The position numbers and the translations under genes were made by a program. From Chloroflexota bacterium (lineage in GTDB: Bacteria; Chloroflexota; Dehalococcoidia; Lucifugimonadales; JADFKI01): 31,259 nt of DNA. Positions 1-9,214 of this stretch are shown piece by piece. Each line of letters opens with the position of its first letter. Positions within the stretch are counted from its first letter, which is position 1. The notes under the pieces were generated by a model, which did no database searches, was not told where the DNA came from, and saw only the letters and a list, made by a program, of their open reading frames with translations. The stretch is from assembly GCA_027623195.1 (NCBI GenBank), contig JAQBUT010000029.1:1-31259 (forward strand), in the 5' to 3' direction.

Positions 1-11
1 GATTGTTTCAT
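1..11 (-). CDS. Probable 5' start of a gene running off the left edge (MKQ...)
   Basis: Minus strand reads AAGGAG-caggaaa-ATG AAA CAA; strong Shine-Dalgarno at normal spacing; only 3 codons visible. Confidence 0.45.
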
Positions 12-206
12 TTTCCTGCTCCTTTATTTCTGTCATTTTAGGAGCGGGACTCTCTCTTAGCTACCTGTCTAAAAAACCGATACCACCTCAGACTGTAGGC
101 TATAACGGATACCCTGAGGCCCGTTAGCCGTCGAGACTTTCGATTTACGCCGGACGAGCGAATCGAACCAGAGTCTACAAAACGCCATCCCATATTAGGC
201 TCAAGC

Positions 207-1226
207 CTACAGCTCCGTAATCAGCACCCACATGGGAGCCTTGCCGACGTCGTAGACGCGCAACGGGGATAGCGTACCCTTATCCTGGTCAACGGCGTAG
301 GACGCCAGTCGGCCCGATTCCAGCCCGGCGGAATATAGGAACTTGCCCTGCGGGTCCAGGCTAAAGACCCTTGGTATGGCCTCTGCAGCGACCTGTCCCA
401 GGGAAGTCAGGCGGCCCGTATCGGCATCTACGGCAAAGCAGGCCAAGCTGTTGTGGCCTCGATTGGGCGCGTACAGGAACCGGCCCGATGGCGCGATCTG
501 TATCTGTGCGCAACTGTTTTTGCCCTCATAACCTTCAGGCAGAGTCGATATGGTCTGAAAGGCCTCCAGAGTCCCCTTACCGGAGTCCAGGTTGTAGCCC
601 GTCACGCTGCAGCCCTGCTCATCTGAGAAGTACAGAATGTCCTTGTTGGGGTGGAAGCAGTAGTGCCTGGGCCCCAGTTCTTCAGTAGGGTTAACCGTAG
701 CCGGGTCGTTAGGCGTAAGCTTGCCGGTGTTCTCGTCGAACAGGTACTGGTAGATGGCGTTAGGCCCTTTGCCTCCAGCAATATGCGGAAGGTAGGCGAA
801 CCGGTTTGAAGGGTCCGTCTGCAAACAATGAGCGCCGATGGCCGTGTCTAGAAGCTCGATTGGCCCGTCCGAAACCGCGCCGTTTTCGCTGATGGGGTGT
901 ACTGCGCATTTGCCCACACCGTAGTAGGCCGACAGCAGGTAATTACCCCGCTTGTCTATACCAAGGTAACAAGGGTCAGACACCAAAGGTGCTTCGCCAA
1001 TTAGCGACAGCCCGCCAGTTGACTGGTCCACGGCAAAGCTTGAAAGCTGGTTTATGCCACGCTGAGCGGCATACAGGTAACGCTTGGTAGGATGCAAGGC
1101 CAGCGGGGCCGGTCGGCCCACAAGAGGCACGTCTTCGCGATGCTGTAGGTCTCCGGAGTCCGGATCCATCTTGAAGATGGCGATGCGGTCCTCTTCGGAA
1201 ATGGTGATGTACATGTAATAGGGCAA
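207..1226 (-). CDS. Lactonase family beta-propeller (6-phosphogluconolactonase/YbhE-like)
   Basis: Motifs AHC..DPS.RF, GPRH..FHP, QTISTLP, G.FLY..NRGHNS, PR.F.LDP.G.FLY; TTG start after GAGGTG. Confidence 0.9.
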   Translation of the reverse strand: MPYYMYITISEEDRIAIFKMDPDSGDLQHREDVPLVGRPAPLALHPTKRYLYAAQRGINQLSSFAVDQSTGGLSLIGEAPLVSDPCYLGIDKRGNYLLSAYYGVGKCAVHPISENGAVSDGPIELLDTAIGAHCLQTDPSNRFAYLPHIAGGKGPNAIYQYLFDENTGKLTPNDPATVNPTEELGPRHYCFHPNKDILYFSDEQGCSVTGYNLDSGKGTLEAFQTISTLPEGYEGKNSCAQIQIAPSGRFLYAPNRGHNSLACFAVDADTGRLTSLGQVAAEAIPRVFSLDPQGKFLYSAGLESGRLASYAVDQDKGTLSPLRVYDVGKAPMWVLITEL

Positions 1227-1346
1227 AGCTTCACCTCATATTAGGACAATGGTCAAAATTGCAGATCGTATGAGGACGAATATACGAACAGGAGCCAGAT
1301 GTGTCAATTGGAGTATGCGCGATAGACGTGACAGGCCGACTCAAAT

Positions 1347-2639
1347 TTAGAGCTTGAGCATTTTCTCCAGGCGACGGTACCCGCGACAAGGGCCGACCAC
1401 CGCCATATTGAGCTTGTCAGTCACCAGATACTCGTTTGCTACCCTCTGGAGATCGTCCGTGGTTACCGCGTTCAGGTGGCTGATTACTTCGTCCAGGTCT
1501 TGTATCTCGCCAAGGAGAAGCTCTTGAGTGCCTCCCCAGCTAGCCACAGCCCTGGTATCTTCCATACGTAGCTGTAAACGTCCGGCGCTCAAGCTCTGGG
1601 CCTTGAGCAACTCCTCCTCCGGAATTGTGTCGCGGAGGGAACCAATCTGCTCCAGAATCGTTTGCACCGCATCGTAAATACGCTTGGGGTCTACACCTGC
1701 GTCAACCACAAAGGCCCCGGTGTCCAGGAAATGAGCAACGCTGCTGTGGACATCGTAGGCCAGCGCCCTCTTTTCCCTTACCTCAACGAACAGGCGGCTG
1801 CTCATGCCTTCGCCCAAAATAACGCTGAGAAGGTCTATGGCGTGGCGGTCTGGATGCGTGAGCGAGATGCACGGCAGCGCAACCGACATGTGGACCTGCT
1901 CCGTCCTCCGGTACTCCAGACGGGACTGGGATTCGCTCTGAACACCTTCAAACGGGGCCCAACTGGCCTTGGCCTTGGATTTCCACCCCTTTGAGTTGGC
2001 CTCCACGCAATCCACCACGGCGTCGTGCGGGACGTTTCCTGCAACGCTTATGACGACGTTGGAGGGCGAATAGTGCTCGTCTACGAAGTCCAGCAACATC
2101 TGACGAGTGATGCCATTCACAGATTCTTTGCTTCCGCCGATGTCCCGGCCCAGGGGATGGTCCGGCCAGAGCATCTCGTCGATGAGAGCTTCAACCAAAT
2201 AGTTGGGATAGTCGTTGACCATGTTCAACTCTTCGATCACTACCATCCGTTCCTTTTCGATGGCGTCCTGCTCGAAGACAGAGTTGCGTAGTATGTCCAG
2301 CAGTAGCTCCAGGCTGGGCTGAAAATGAGGCTGAGCGACCTTGCACCAGTAGACGGTGGACTCATGCTCCGTCCCGGCGTTTAATATGCCGCCAGTGCTT
2401 TCGATAATCGCGCTGATTTCTTGAGGCTCGGGGTGGGTCTTCGTCCCCTTGAACACCATATGCTCAAGGTAGTGAGATACGCCCGCCTGTTCAGGTGTTT
2501 CGTACCTGGAGCCAACCCCTATGTAAATGCAAATGCTGACTGATCTGGTGTGGGGCATTTCGCTGGTGATAATGCGAAGCCCATTGGGTAACGTCGTCTT
2601 GTTGAAAGCCGACTGTTTATCCGTTATTTCGATTGTCAT
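1347..2639 (-). CDS. M16 (pitrilysin-family) zinc peptidase
   Basis: LPNGLRI N-terminus, GSRYE...GVSHYLEHMVFKGT (inverted HxxEH), C-terminal GMSSRLF.EVREKRALAY. Confidence 0.92.
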   Translation of the reverse strand: MTIEITDKQSAFNKTTLPNGLRIITSEMPHTRSVSICIYIGVGSRYETPEQAGVSHYLEHMVFKGTKTHPEPQEISAIIESTGGILNAGTEHESTVYWCKVAQPHFQPSLELLLDILRNSVFEQDAIEKERMVVIEELNMVNDYPNYLVEALIDEMLWPDHPLGRDIGGSKESVNGITRQMLLDFVDEHYSPSNVVISVAGNVPHDAVVDCVEANSKGWKSKAKASWAPFEGVQSESQSRLEYRRTEQVHMSVALPCISLTHPDRHAIDLLSVILGEGMSSRLFVEVREKRALAYDVHSSVAHFLDTGAFVVDAGVDPKRIYDAVQTILEQIGSLRDTIPEEELLKAQSLSAGRLQLRMEDTRAVASWGGTQELLLGEIQDLDEVISHLNAVTTDDLQRVANEYLVTDKLNMAVVGPCRGYRRLEKMLKL

Positions 2640-2713
2640 ACATGGATTTTAGGTTATGGCCCCAGGAGCGTCAATGAATGCGAACCCGGGAAAACGGCCG
2701 GAATAGGCTAGCG

Positions 2714-3601
2714 TTACTCCTGCCGAATCTCCACTCCGGCCCGCTCCTCCTGAACGCGCACTACGGCTGGCGCAGCCATACGACCCCAGCCCTTATTTTG
2801 GGCGTCGATGTACCTCTGCTGCGCTATATTGGATATCTCCATAGGGACTCGCAGACGCCTGCCCATTTCGGTGGCAAGACCTACGTCTTTGGCGGCCAAA
2901 TCAACCTGGAATCCGGGCTCGAAGTTGCCCTTGAACAGTCCATTGGGGAAGGCCTGCATGCTCTGAGTGTTGCCGGAGCTACCCTTAACCGCGTCGAACA
3001 GAGTTTGCGGATCTACGCCAGCCTTAACTCCAAGAGTAAACGCTTCAGACAGCAACACGCTGGTACTTAAGCCAATCAGGTTGTTCACAATCTTGCAAAT
3101 TGAGCCGTTGCCTAATTTGCCGCAGTACGTAGCCTTGTCCCCAATGAGGTCCAGAACAGGCTTGAATTGGTTGTAAACGGCTTCGTCTCCGCCGACCATA
3201 ACGCAGAGCGATGCAGCCTCCGCTCCGGTGGTGCCGCCGCTGACAGGCGCGTCCAGGACGATGACGCCCTGCTCTGCCGCGCGAGCCGAGATGCGAAAGA
3301 TCGTCTCCGGATCGGTGGTGCTCAGATCAAAGAAAACGGTGCCAGCCTTTGCGCCAGAAAGGATCCCACCTTCTCCCATCGCAACCTCCTCGACGTTCTC
3401 CGGCCTTGGTAGAGACGTAAACACGACCTCGCTTGCCGCCGCCACCGCCCTGGGGCTATCTGCCCAGGTTGCCCCCATGGAAATCAACTCCTCGGCGGCC
3501 TCCTTGCGTATGTCGAAAACGGTCATTTCATGGCCGCCCTTGGCGATATTACGCGCCATATGCCTGCCCATAAACCCTACGCCAATAAATCCTACTTTCA
3601 T
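2714..3601 (-). CDS. NAD(P)-dependent beta-hydroxyacid dehydrogenase (3-hydroxyisobutyrate dehydrogenase / tartronate semialdehyde reductase family)
   Basis: KVGFIGVGFMG Rossmann motif, DAPVSGG, catalytic KIVNN, F.PGF.VDL..KD. Confidence 0.92.
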   Translation of the reverse strand: MKVGFIGVGFMGRHMARNIAKGGHEMTVFDIRKEAAEELISMGATWADSPRAVAAASEVVFTSLPRPENVEEVAMGEGGILSGAKAGTVFFDLSTTDPETIFRISARAAEQGVIVLDAPVSGGTTGAEAASLCVMVGGDEAVYNQFKPVLDLIGDKATYCGKLGNGSICKIVNNLIGLSTSVLLSEAFTLGVKAGVDPQTLFDAVKGSSGNTQSMQAFPNGLFKGNFEPGFQVDLAAKDVGLATEMGRRLRVPMEISNIAQQRYIDAQNKGWGRMAAPAVVRVQEERAGVEIRQE

Positions 3602-3911
3602 TCATCACCTCTCAGGCTAATTGTATTTAATTTCATTAATATGCTTTGGCTCACGGTCTGCATGATACGCGGACGCATGGCTGGTGACAAGTCTCTATTT
3701 CGGTATAGGGTCAGCTACGACCGGCAATTGTTACGGAATCATTAAACATCGCCGCCAGCCCATCCAAAGGCTTAAATATTCACGTTTTCTGCAGTAGAAT
3801 TAGCTTGTGGGTAAATCCCCCATATGACTACTTGCGTGGCAACCCCTTCATTCATTGGAACAGGGCTTTTACCACCAATGCTAAATCAGAAATTGCATCC
3901 AAATCGCTTAA

Positions 3912-5228
3912 GTGAGGCAAATGTTCAATAAATCCATCGCCACTCTGCTGATAGGCCTGCTGGTTCTCGTTCTGGCCGCATGCTCCGGCAGCACCCCCGC
4001 CGCAGACAACGAGCCAACCGCAGCACCAAGTTCGACTGCGACGACGGCATCGCCCGGCGCAGACGTTCCGACTGCCACCGCCGAGTCTGAATCAGACACG
4101 TCCGAGATGGAAGATTCTTCGGGCGGCGGGATTCACGATGTCGTCATGTTGCCGACAGGCGACGAGAAGGATGTTCCGGAGATACGCGACATTGAAAGTT
4201 GGATTAACTCAGAGCCTCTTACCTTCGAGGAACAGCGGGGTAAAGTGGTGCTGGTGGACTTCTGGACCTACACCTGCGTGAACTGCATTCGTACGCTGCC
4301 GTTCCTGAAGGCATGGTACGAAAAGTACCAGGAACATGGCCTGGAAATCGTTGGAGTACACGCACCGGAGTTTGAGTTCGAAAAGGAACGGGATAACGTG
4401 GTCAAGGCCACAGAGGATTTCGGCATAACCTGGCCCGTGGCACAGGACAACAAGATGGGCACCTGGAAGGCATTCGATAACAGGTTTTGGCCCGCCAAGT
4501 ATCTCGTAGACAAAGATGGCAAGGTTCGCTACAGCCACTTCGGGGAAGGGTCCTATGACGAGACCGAGTTGTGGATTCGTAGCCTGCTAATAGAGGCTGG
4601 AGCGAACCTGTCCGAGATACCTGCCAACACCGTGCCAGAGCCTAGGCCCAGTCTCGGAGCGGGAGTAGCACAACCGGGCTTTGGTCTCACGAGAGAGCTG
4701 TATGCAGGCTACGGGCGCAACGTCGGTGCGCTGCTCGGCAGATCGTCGCCTCTGTACATCACGCAGAGGGAATACTATGACAATCGAGATGGCGAATTCA
4801 GTTACGAAGACCCTGGCAATTACGAAAACCACTTCCTCTACATTCAGGGACGTTGGCGCAACGAAGAGGAGCGCCTAGTACACGCTCGCGATACCGTCGG
4901 CTACCTGGATTACCTGGCGAACAAGTTCTTCGCCACTAGTGTTAACGCGGTGATGGCCCCCGGCGAAGGCGGGCCTGTCAGGGTACGAGTGCTGTTGGAT
5001 GACGAACCGATCAGTAAGGACAACGCCGGCGTTGACGTGATGTTCAACGGCTCGGACGGTCCATATATCCTTGTGGACGAGTGGCGACTGTACAACGTAG
5101 TGACCTTGCCCGAATTCGAAGGTCACGTACTGAAACTCAGTTCGAACTCACGCGACCTTTCGGTTTTCGCCTATACCTTTGGCGCGTACGAGGGTGGTGA
5201 ACCGGCCCAGACCAGTCCAAACGGGTAG
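3912..5228 (+). CDS. DipZ-like redoxin lipoprotein (thioredoxin domain plus C-terminal DipZ beta-domain, no CcdA domain)
   Basis: Lipobox LVLAAC, Ala/Thr/Pro-rich linker, GKVVLVDFWTYTCVNCIRTLP, GVHAPEFEFEK, N.FWPA.YL, HFGEG.Y, C-terminal FAYTFG. Confidence 0.85.
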   Translation: MRQMFNKSIATLLIGLLVLVLAACSGSTPAADNEPTAAPSSTATTASPGADVPTATAESESDTSEMEDSSGGGIHDVVMLPTGDEKDVPEIRDIESWINSEPLTFEEQRGKVVLVDFWTYTCVNCIRTLPFLKAWYEKYQEHGLEIVGVHAPEFEFEKERDNVVKATEDFGITWPVAQDNKMGTWKAFDNRFWPAKYLVDKDGKVRYSHFGEGSYDETELWIRSLLIEAGANLSEIPANTVPEPRPSLGAGVAQPGFGLTRELYAGYGRNVGALLGRSSPLYITQREYYDNRDGEFSYEDPGNYENHFLYIQGRWRNEEERLVHARDTVGYLDYLANKFFATSVNAVMAPGEGGPVRVRVLLDDEPISKDNAGVDVMFNGSDGPYILVDEWRLYNVVTLPEFEGHVLKLSSNSRDLSVFAYTFGAYEGGEPAQTSPNG

Positions 5229-5260
5229 GACTCTCAAACGAGAAGAACGAACGTGAAGGT

Positions 5261-6208
5261 TTGATGAATACAGGAAGACTCTGGCTTCTGACCATGGCGG
5301 TAACAGTAGGCGGCCTTGCGTTGGCCTGCTCCACTAGCGTGGCGACGCAAGAGAAGAACGCCAACGAGGAAATCGCCGAAGCCCGATTCGACGAGGTCCC
5401 TCTAATCAAGGGGCCGGTTTCCCCAGACGGGCTTCAGGTCATATTCGGCACCCCAGACCTTGGCTTGGGGAAACAGCGCGTGGGGGTTGTTTTGACCTCG
5501 CCATTAGGTCTGGTGCGCTCGCCACTGGCGACCTTCACAACTTACTTCGCTGGTGAGAGCGTGGAGCCAGAAGGGCAACATGAGTCTTCAGTGGCGTTCT
5601 TTAATCCCTTTCCACTGAACACGCGCGGTATATACACGGCAAATATGGACTTTGATCGACCCGGCAAATGGCGGTTGGAGGTAAGCGTTATCGATGATAA
5701 TGCCCAAAATCTGAGCGCCGAGATTGAGTTCCTAGTAAAGGAGACGACATCTGCGCCAAGTGCAGGTATGAAGGCCATTGCCAGCAACAGCAAGACCATA
5801 AACGATGTGGACGACTTGGCGGAGATAACCACCGGATCACTGCACGACCCCGACCTTTACCAGATATCCATCGCCGACGCCGTGGTCTCCGGAAGGCCAA
5901 CCGTAATCGTGATGGCAAGCCCGGCCTTTTGCACCAACGCGGTGTGCGGGCCGCAGGTGGAAGTGCTACAAGAGATCAAGGACGCCTACAAGGGTCAAGC
6001 AAACTTCATCCACATAGACATATACGACAACCCAGAGGAAATTCAGGGAGACCTGAGCAGGGCCATGGTGTCGCCTACTGTTAGGGAGTGGAACCTTCCC
6101 AGCACTGAATGGTCCTTCGTCATTGATAGCTCAGGGTTGGTGCACCAGAGGTTCGAGTCCTTCGCAGGGTACAAAGAGCTCGAGGCTTCGCTTAAGGAAG
6201 TCCTGTAG
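5261..6208 (+). CDS. Lipoprotein with C-terminal thioredoxin-like fold (CxxxxC)
   Basis: Lipobox LALAC; SPAFCTNAVCGPQ; FIHIDIY; EWNLPSTEWSFVID..G; 32 bp downstream of the DipZ-like gene on the same strand. Confidence 0.75.
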   Translation: MMNTGRLWLLTMAVTVGGLALACSTSVATQEKNANEEIAEARFDEVPLIKGPVSPDGLQVIFGTPDLGLGKQRVGVVLTSPLGLVRSPLATFTTYFAGESVEPEGQHESSVAFFNPFPLNTRGIYTANMDFDRPGKWRLEVSVIDDNAQNLSAEIEFLVKETTSAPSAGMKAIASNSKTINDVDDLAEITTGSLHDPDLYQISIADAVVSGRPTVIVMASPAFCTNAVCGPQVEVLQEIKDAYKGQANFIHIDIYDNPEEIQGDLSRAMVSPTVREWNLPSTEWSFVIDSSGLVHQRFESFAGYKELEASLKEVL

Positions 6209-6353
6209 GCTGTCATCCCCTGGCACCTACCGACCGTAACTGAGATCTACCGCATTCACTTCCGAGCGTTACCGCGCCCTAATACGGCGTTGAATAATTC
6301 AAGCAGGGTGCTAGCATACGGCCAGACCATTAAGCGAATGTGGAAATTAAAGT

Positions 6354-6653
6354 ATGGCTGTCTTAGCCATTCAACCAATGAATGAACTGAAATACTGGTG
6401 GAAGTCCATAAAGAGTAAGCTACCTCCTTATTACGAGGTGGAAGGCTTATTAAAGTCCAAAGAGGCTGGTACCGGTGGCTTGCCATTCATCATAGTGAAT
6501 GCAGCATCCATAGAAGTAGACAGAGTCACATTTGACAGAGTGGCAGTTGGAGACATACTCCGTGTTAGATATACCAGGGACGCCAAGGCCATCAGCATCG
6601 ATAGAATGACTGACGGCCCCAAGCAGAAGGAAAGCAAAATCAGCCCTCGTTAG
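6354..6653 (+). CDS. Hypothetical protein (small, beta-rich, possibly OB-fold-like)
   Basis: 99-aa ORF filling the intergenic gap; VGDILRVRYT pattern; 3' end overlaps the convergent Lon-like gene by 14 bp; start uncertain. Confidence 0.55.
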   Translation: MAVLAIQPMNELKYWWKSIKSKLPPYYEVEGLLKSKEAGTGGLPFIIVNAASIEVDRVTFDRVAVGDILRVRYTRDAKAISIDRMTDGPKQKESKISPR

Positions 6654-9132
6654 GCTCCTCGGGCTCCTCGTCAACTGCCGCTGGCTTTGATGGCTCCGCA
6701 TCACTGGAATGGTTTTCTTCGTTATCAGACCCGGCAAACGCCCTGGCCTTCCTGCTGAATTCCTCCAGCCTCGCCTCCACTGCGTGATGCACCGTGCCCT
6801 TCGGGAACGATCCGTCCTCTTGCCTCTCCCCTGCCGCAACGCCCGTTAAGACCTCAAGCCCTTCGTCTATAGTTCGCACCGCATAAATGTGGAACTTACC
6901 CTCGCTGACAGCCTGGGCCACGTCCTCATTAAGCATCAGGTTTTTCACGTTGTCTTTGGGAACCATAACACCCTGTGAGCCCGTAAATCCTGCGGCCTTA
7001 CAGACGTCGAAGAAGCCTTCGATCTTGAACGTTGCGCCGCCGATGGCCTGCACTTCTCCGGCCTGATTCACGGAACCGGTTACGGCGATTCCCTGGTCCA
7101 GCGGCATACCGGACAATGCCGATATCAGGCTGTAAAGCTCCGTAGAAGACGCACTATCTCCATCTATCTCGCTGTAGGTCTGCTCAAAGCCAATGCTGGC
7201 GGAAAGAGACAGAGGTTTGTCCTGGCCGTACTGCCCATTCATGTAGCCCGTCAGTATCATGAAGCCCTTGTTGTGTATCTTGCCGCTCAATTGTGTTTCG
7301 CGCTCAATGTTCACCAACTGGCCACGCCCCAGAGACACCCGTGCTGAAATTCTGCTGGGCTTTCCAAAGGCGTAATCCCCCATGGAGTACACGGCGAGGC
7401 CATTGACCTGTCCAACACTCTTGCCATCAGTGGAGATGTGAATGGTGCCATTCTCTATTAGCTCTTGCAGGTGGTCTTCTGTCAGGCTAAGCCGATAGCG
7501 TTTATGTTTTATCGCTTCGGTCACGTGTTCGCCCATAACCAGGCTCCCGCCTGCCTTACCAGCCCAGTAGTTGGCCTCGGTTAGTACGTCGGCGATCTCC
7601 ATGAAACGCGTGGTCAGTTTTTCTTGATTCTCTACCAGGCGCGAGGAGTAATCGATGACCTTGGCAACCGCCGTCTTATGGAACGGCAAAAGAGTTTTGC
7701 CATTCGACCTGGAGGCCACGAACGAAGCGTATTTTTTTTCGTTCTCCTCGTTCCTATCCATGGCTGTGTCGAAATCGGCGTTGACCTTGAAGTATCGACG
7801 GACGTCCTCGTCTGCTGCTCGCAACATTTGGATTAGCTGCGGGCTGCCAACCATGACTACCTTGGCGTTGATAGGAATTGCCTGTGGTCGAAGAGTGGAC
7901 GATGGCATTGGGCTATTCTGCTCACCGATGTTTTCCACGCGGACCTCTCCGCTCCTAAGGCTGCGCTTCAGAGCCTCCCAGGAGAGCGGGCTAAGGAGCA
8001 CATCTCTAGCCTGTAACACAAGGTAGCCACCGTTGGCCCTGTGAAGTGCACCGCTCTTTATCATAGTGAGGTCAGTTGTAAAAGTGCCCATCCTGGCTCT
8101 GTAATCTATACGACCGAAAAGGTTGTAGTAGGTCGGGCTGAATTCGAATATCACCGGCCCACCCTGGCAGTTAGTGTTATCGACCAGGCAGTTGACCTTA
8201 TAGCGAACGAAGAAATCATCTCCATTAGTCGGGAGAGTGGGCATCGGAAACGGCAATGCAGGCATTTGAGGAGCCTCGTGGGGCTTGAACACCTCTATGT
8301 TCTGTACCATGTCCTCCTCGACCTGATTCAGGTAGTCGACCACCTCGGGGAAATCAGCGTATTTCTCCTGCAACTCATCGACGATGGGCGATAAGGTCCC
8401 CTTCACTACCTCGGTGTCTACGCCGTTTACCCTGTCGGATGCCTCTTTGTTCAGCCGACGCATCTCGCGAGTCAAGTGGGCTATCTCGTGCTGAAGCTCC
8501 TCGGCACGTCCTCGAAATCCCTCCCGAACTTCATCCGAGAGAGCGGCAAACTCCTCCTGCGTCATTTGCCGGCCTTCTATGAGCGGCACCGGTGTAATGC
8601 CAACCTGTGTGAAGGTCAGGCCGAACCCCAGCGTCTGCGCCTGCTGCTCTAGTTCGGCAGTAAGGGACTGACGTTTCTCCTGAATCTCCTGCATCACATC
8701 ATCGACCTGGTGGGAGTAATCGTCAGTTTCGAACGCCCTGGGTATCTCGTGGCGGCAGCTGCTGGTCAGCTCGTCCATGTCATGGCTTAGCTGGCGCATC
8801 ATGCCGCAGGTCATGCTAAGGGCCAGAGGCTGAGAGGGGTCTTCGAAGTTATGAACGTAACCCCAGTCCGGTGGATTGGGTTTTGTGGATGCCACCTGCT
8901 GAAGGTATGTGCGAAGGGCCGTGTTCCTTCCAGACCCGGGAATGCCCGACACGAAAAGGTTATAGCCTTCGGCCTCAATATCGACAGCCAATTCCAGCGC
9001 GCTCAAAGCCCGGTCCTGACCGATGGTACCCTCCAGGTGGTCAACCTCGGAGGTAGTTTCGAATCCCAACGAATCGGGGTCGCACACCGTGGTCAGATTT
9101 TCTACCGGGACCTCAAAGTCTTGGATTCTCAT
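6640..9132 (-). CDS. Lon-like S16 protease, LonC/YcbZ-type AAA-like fusion
   Basis: IGQDRA, YNLFVSG.PGSGR, GALHRANGGYLVL, GQVNGL, DGDSASS (catalytic Ser), AVTGSVNQ.G.VQAIGG...KIEGFF (catalytic Lys). Confidence 0.9.
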   Translation of the reverse strand: MRIQDFEVPVENLTTVCDPDSLGFETTSEVDHLEGTIGQDRALSALELAVDIEAEGYNLFVSGIPGSGRNTALRTYLQQVASTKPNPPDWGYVHNFEDPSQPLALSMTCGMMRQLSHDMDELTSSCRHEIPRAFETDDYSHQVDDVMQEIQEKRQSLTAELEQQAQTLGFGLTFTQVGITPVPLIEGRQMTQEEFAALSDEVREGFRGRAEELQHEIAHLTREMRRLNKEASDRVNGVDTEVVKGTLSPIVDELQEKYADFPEVVDYLNQVEEDMVQNIEVFKPHEAPQMPALPFPMPTLPTNGDDFFVRYKVNCLVDNTNCQGGPVIFEFSPTYYNLFGRIDYRARMGTFTTDLTMIKSGALHRANGGYLVLQARDVLLSPLSWEALKRSLRSGEVRVENIGEQNSPMPSSTLRPQAIPINAKVVMVGSPQLIQMLRAADEDVRRYFKVNADFDTAMDRNEENEKKYASFVASRSNGKTLLPFHKTAVAKVIDYSSRLVENQEKLTTRFMEIADVLTEANYWAGKAGGSLVMGEHVTEAIKHKRYRLSLTEDHLQELIENGTIHISTDGKSVGQVNGLAVYSMGDYAFGKPSRISARVSLGRGQLVNIERETQLSGKIHNKGFMILTGYMNGQYGQDKPLSLSASIGFEQTYSEIDGDSASSTELYSLISALSGMPLDQGIAVTGSVNQAGEVQAIGGATFKIEGFFDVCKAAGFTGSQGVMVPKDNVKNLMLNEDVAQAVSEGKFHIYAVRTIDEGLEVLTGVAAGERQEDGSFPKGTVHHAVEARLEEFSRKARAFAGSDNEENHSSDAEPSKPAAVDEEPEEPNEG

Positions 9133-9214
9133 CTACATCTCCTCCCTCAACCAGGCAATAACAGGAATGCCAGGCCAGGGGTACTAAATTAGCCCTGCCA
9201 TATATCGGCAGTCG

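Noticed and set aside
12..206. Hairpins in the leader downstream of the lactonase gene as a riboswitch
   Set aside because: Imperfect stems are present but match no riboswitch consensus I can recognise
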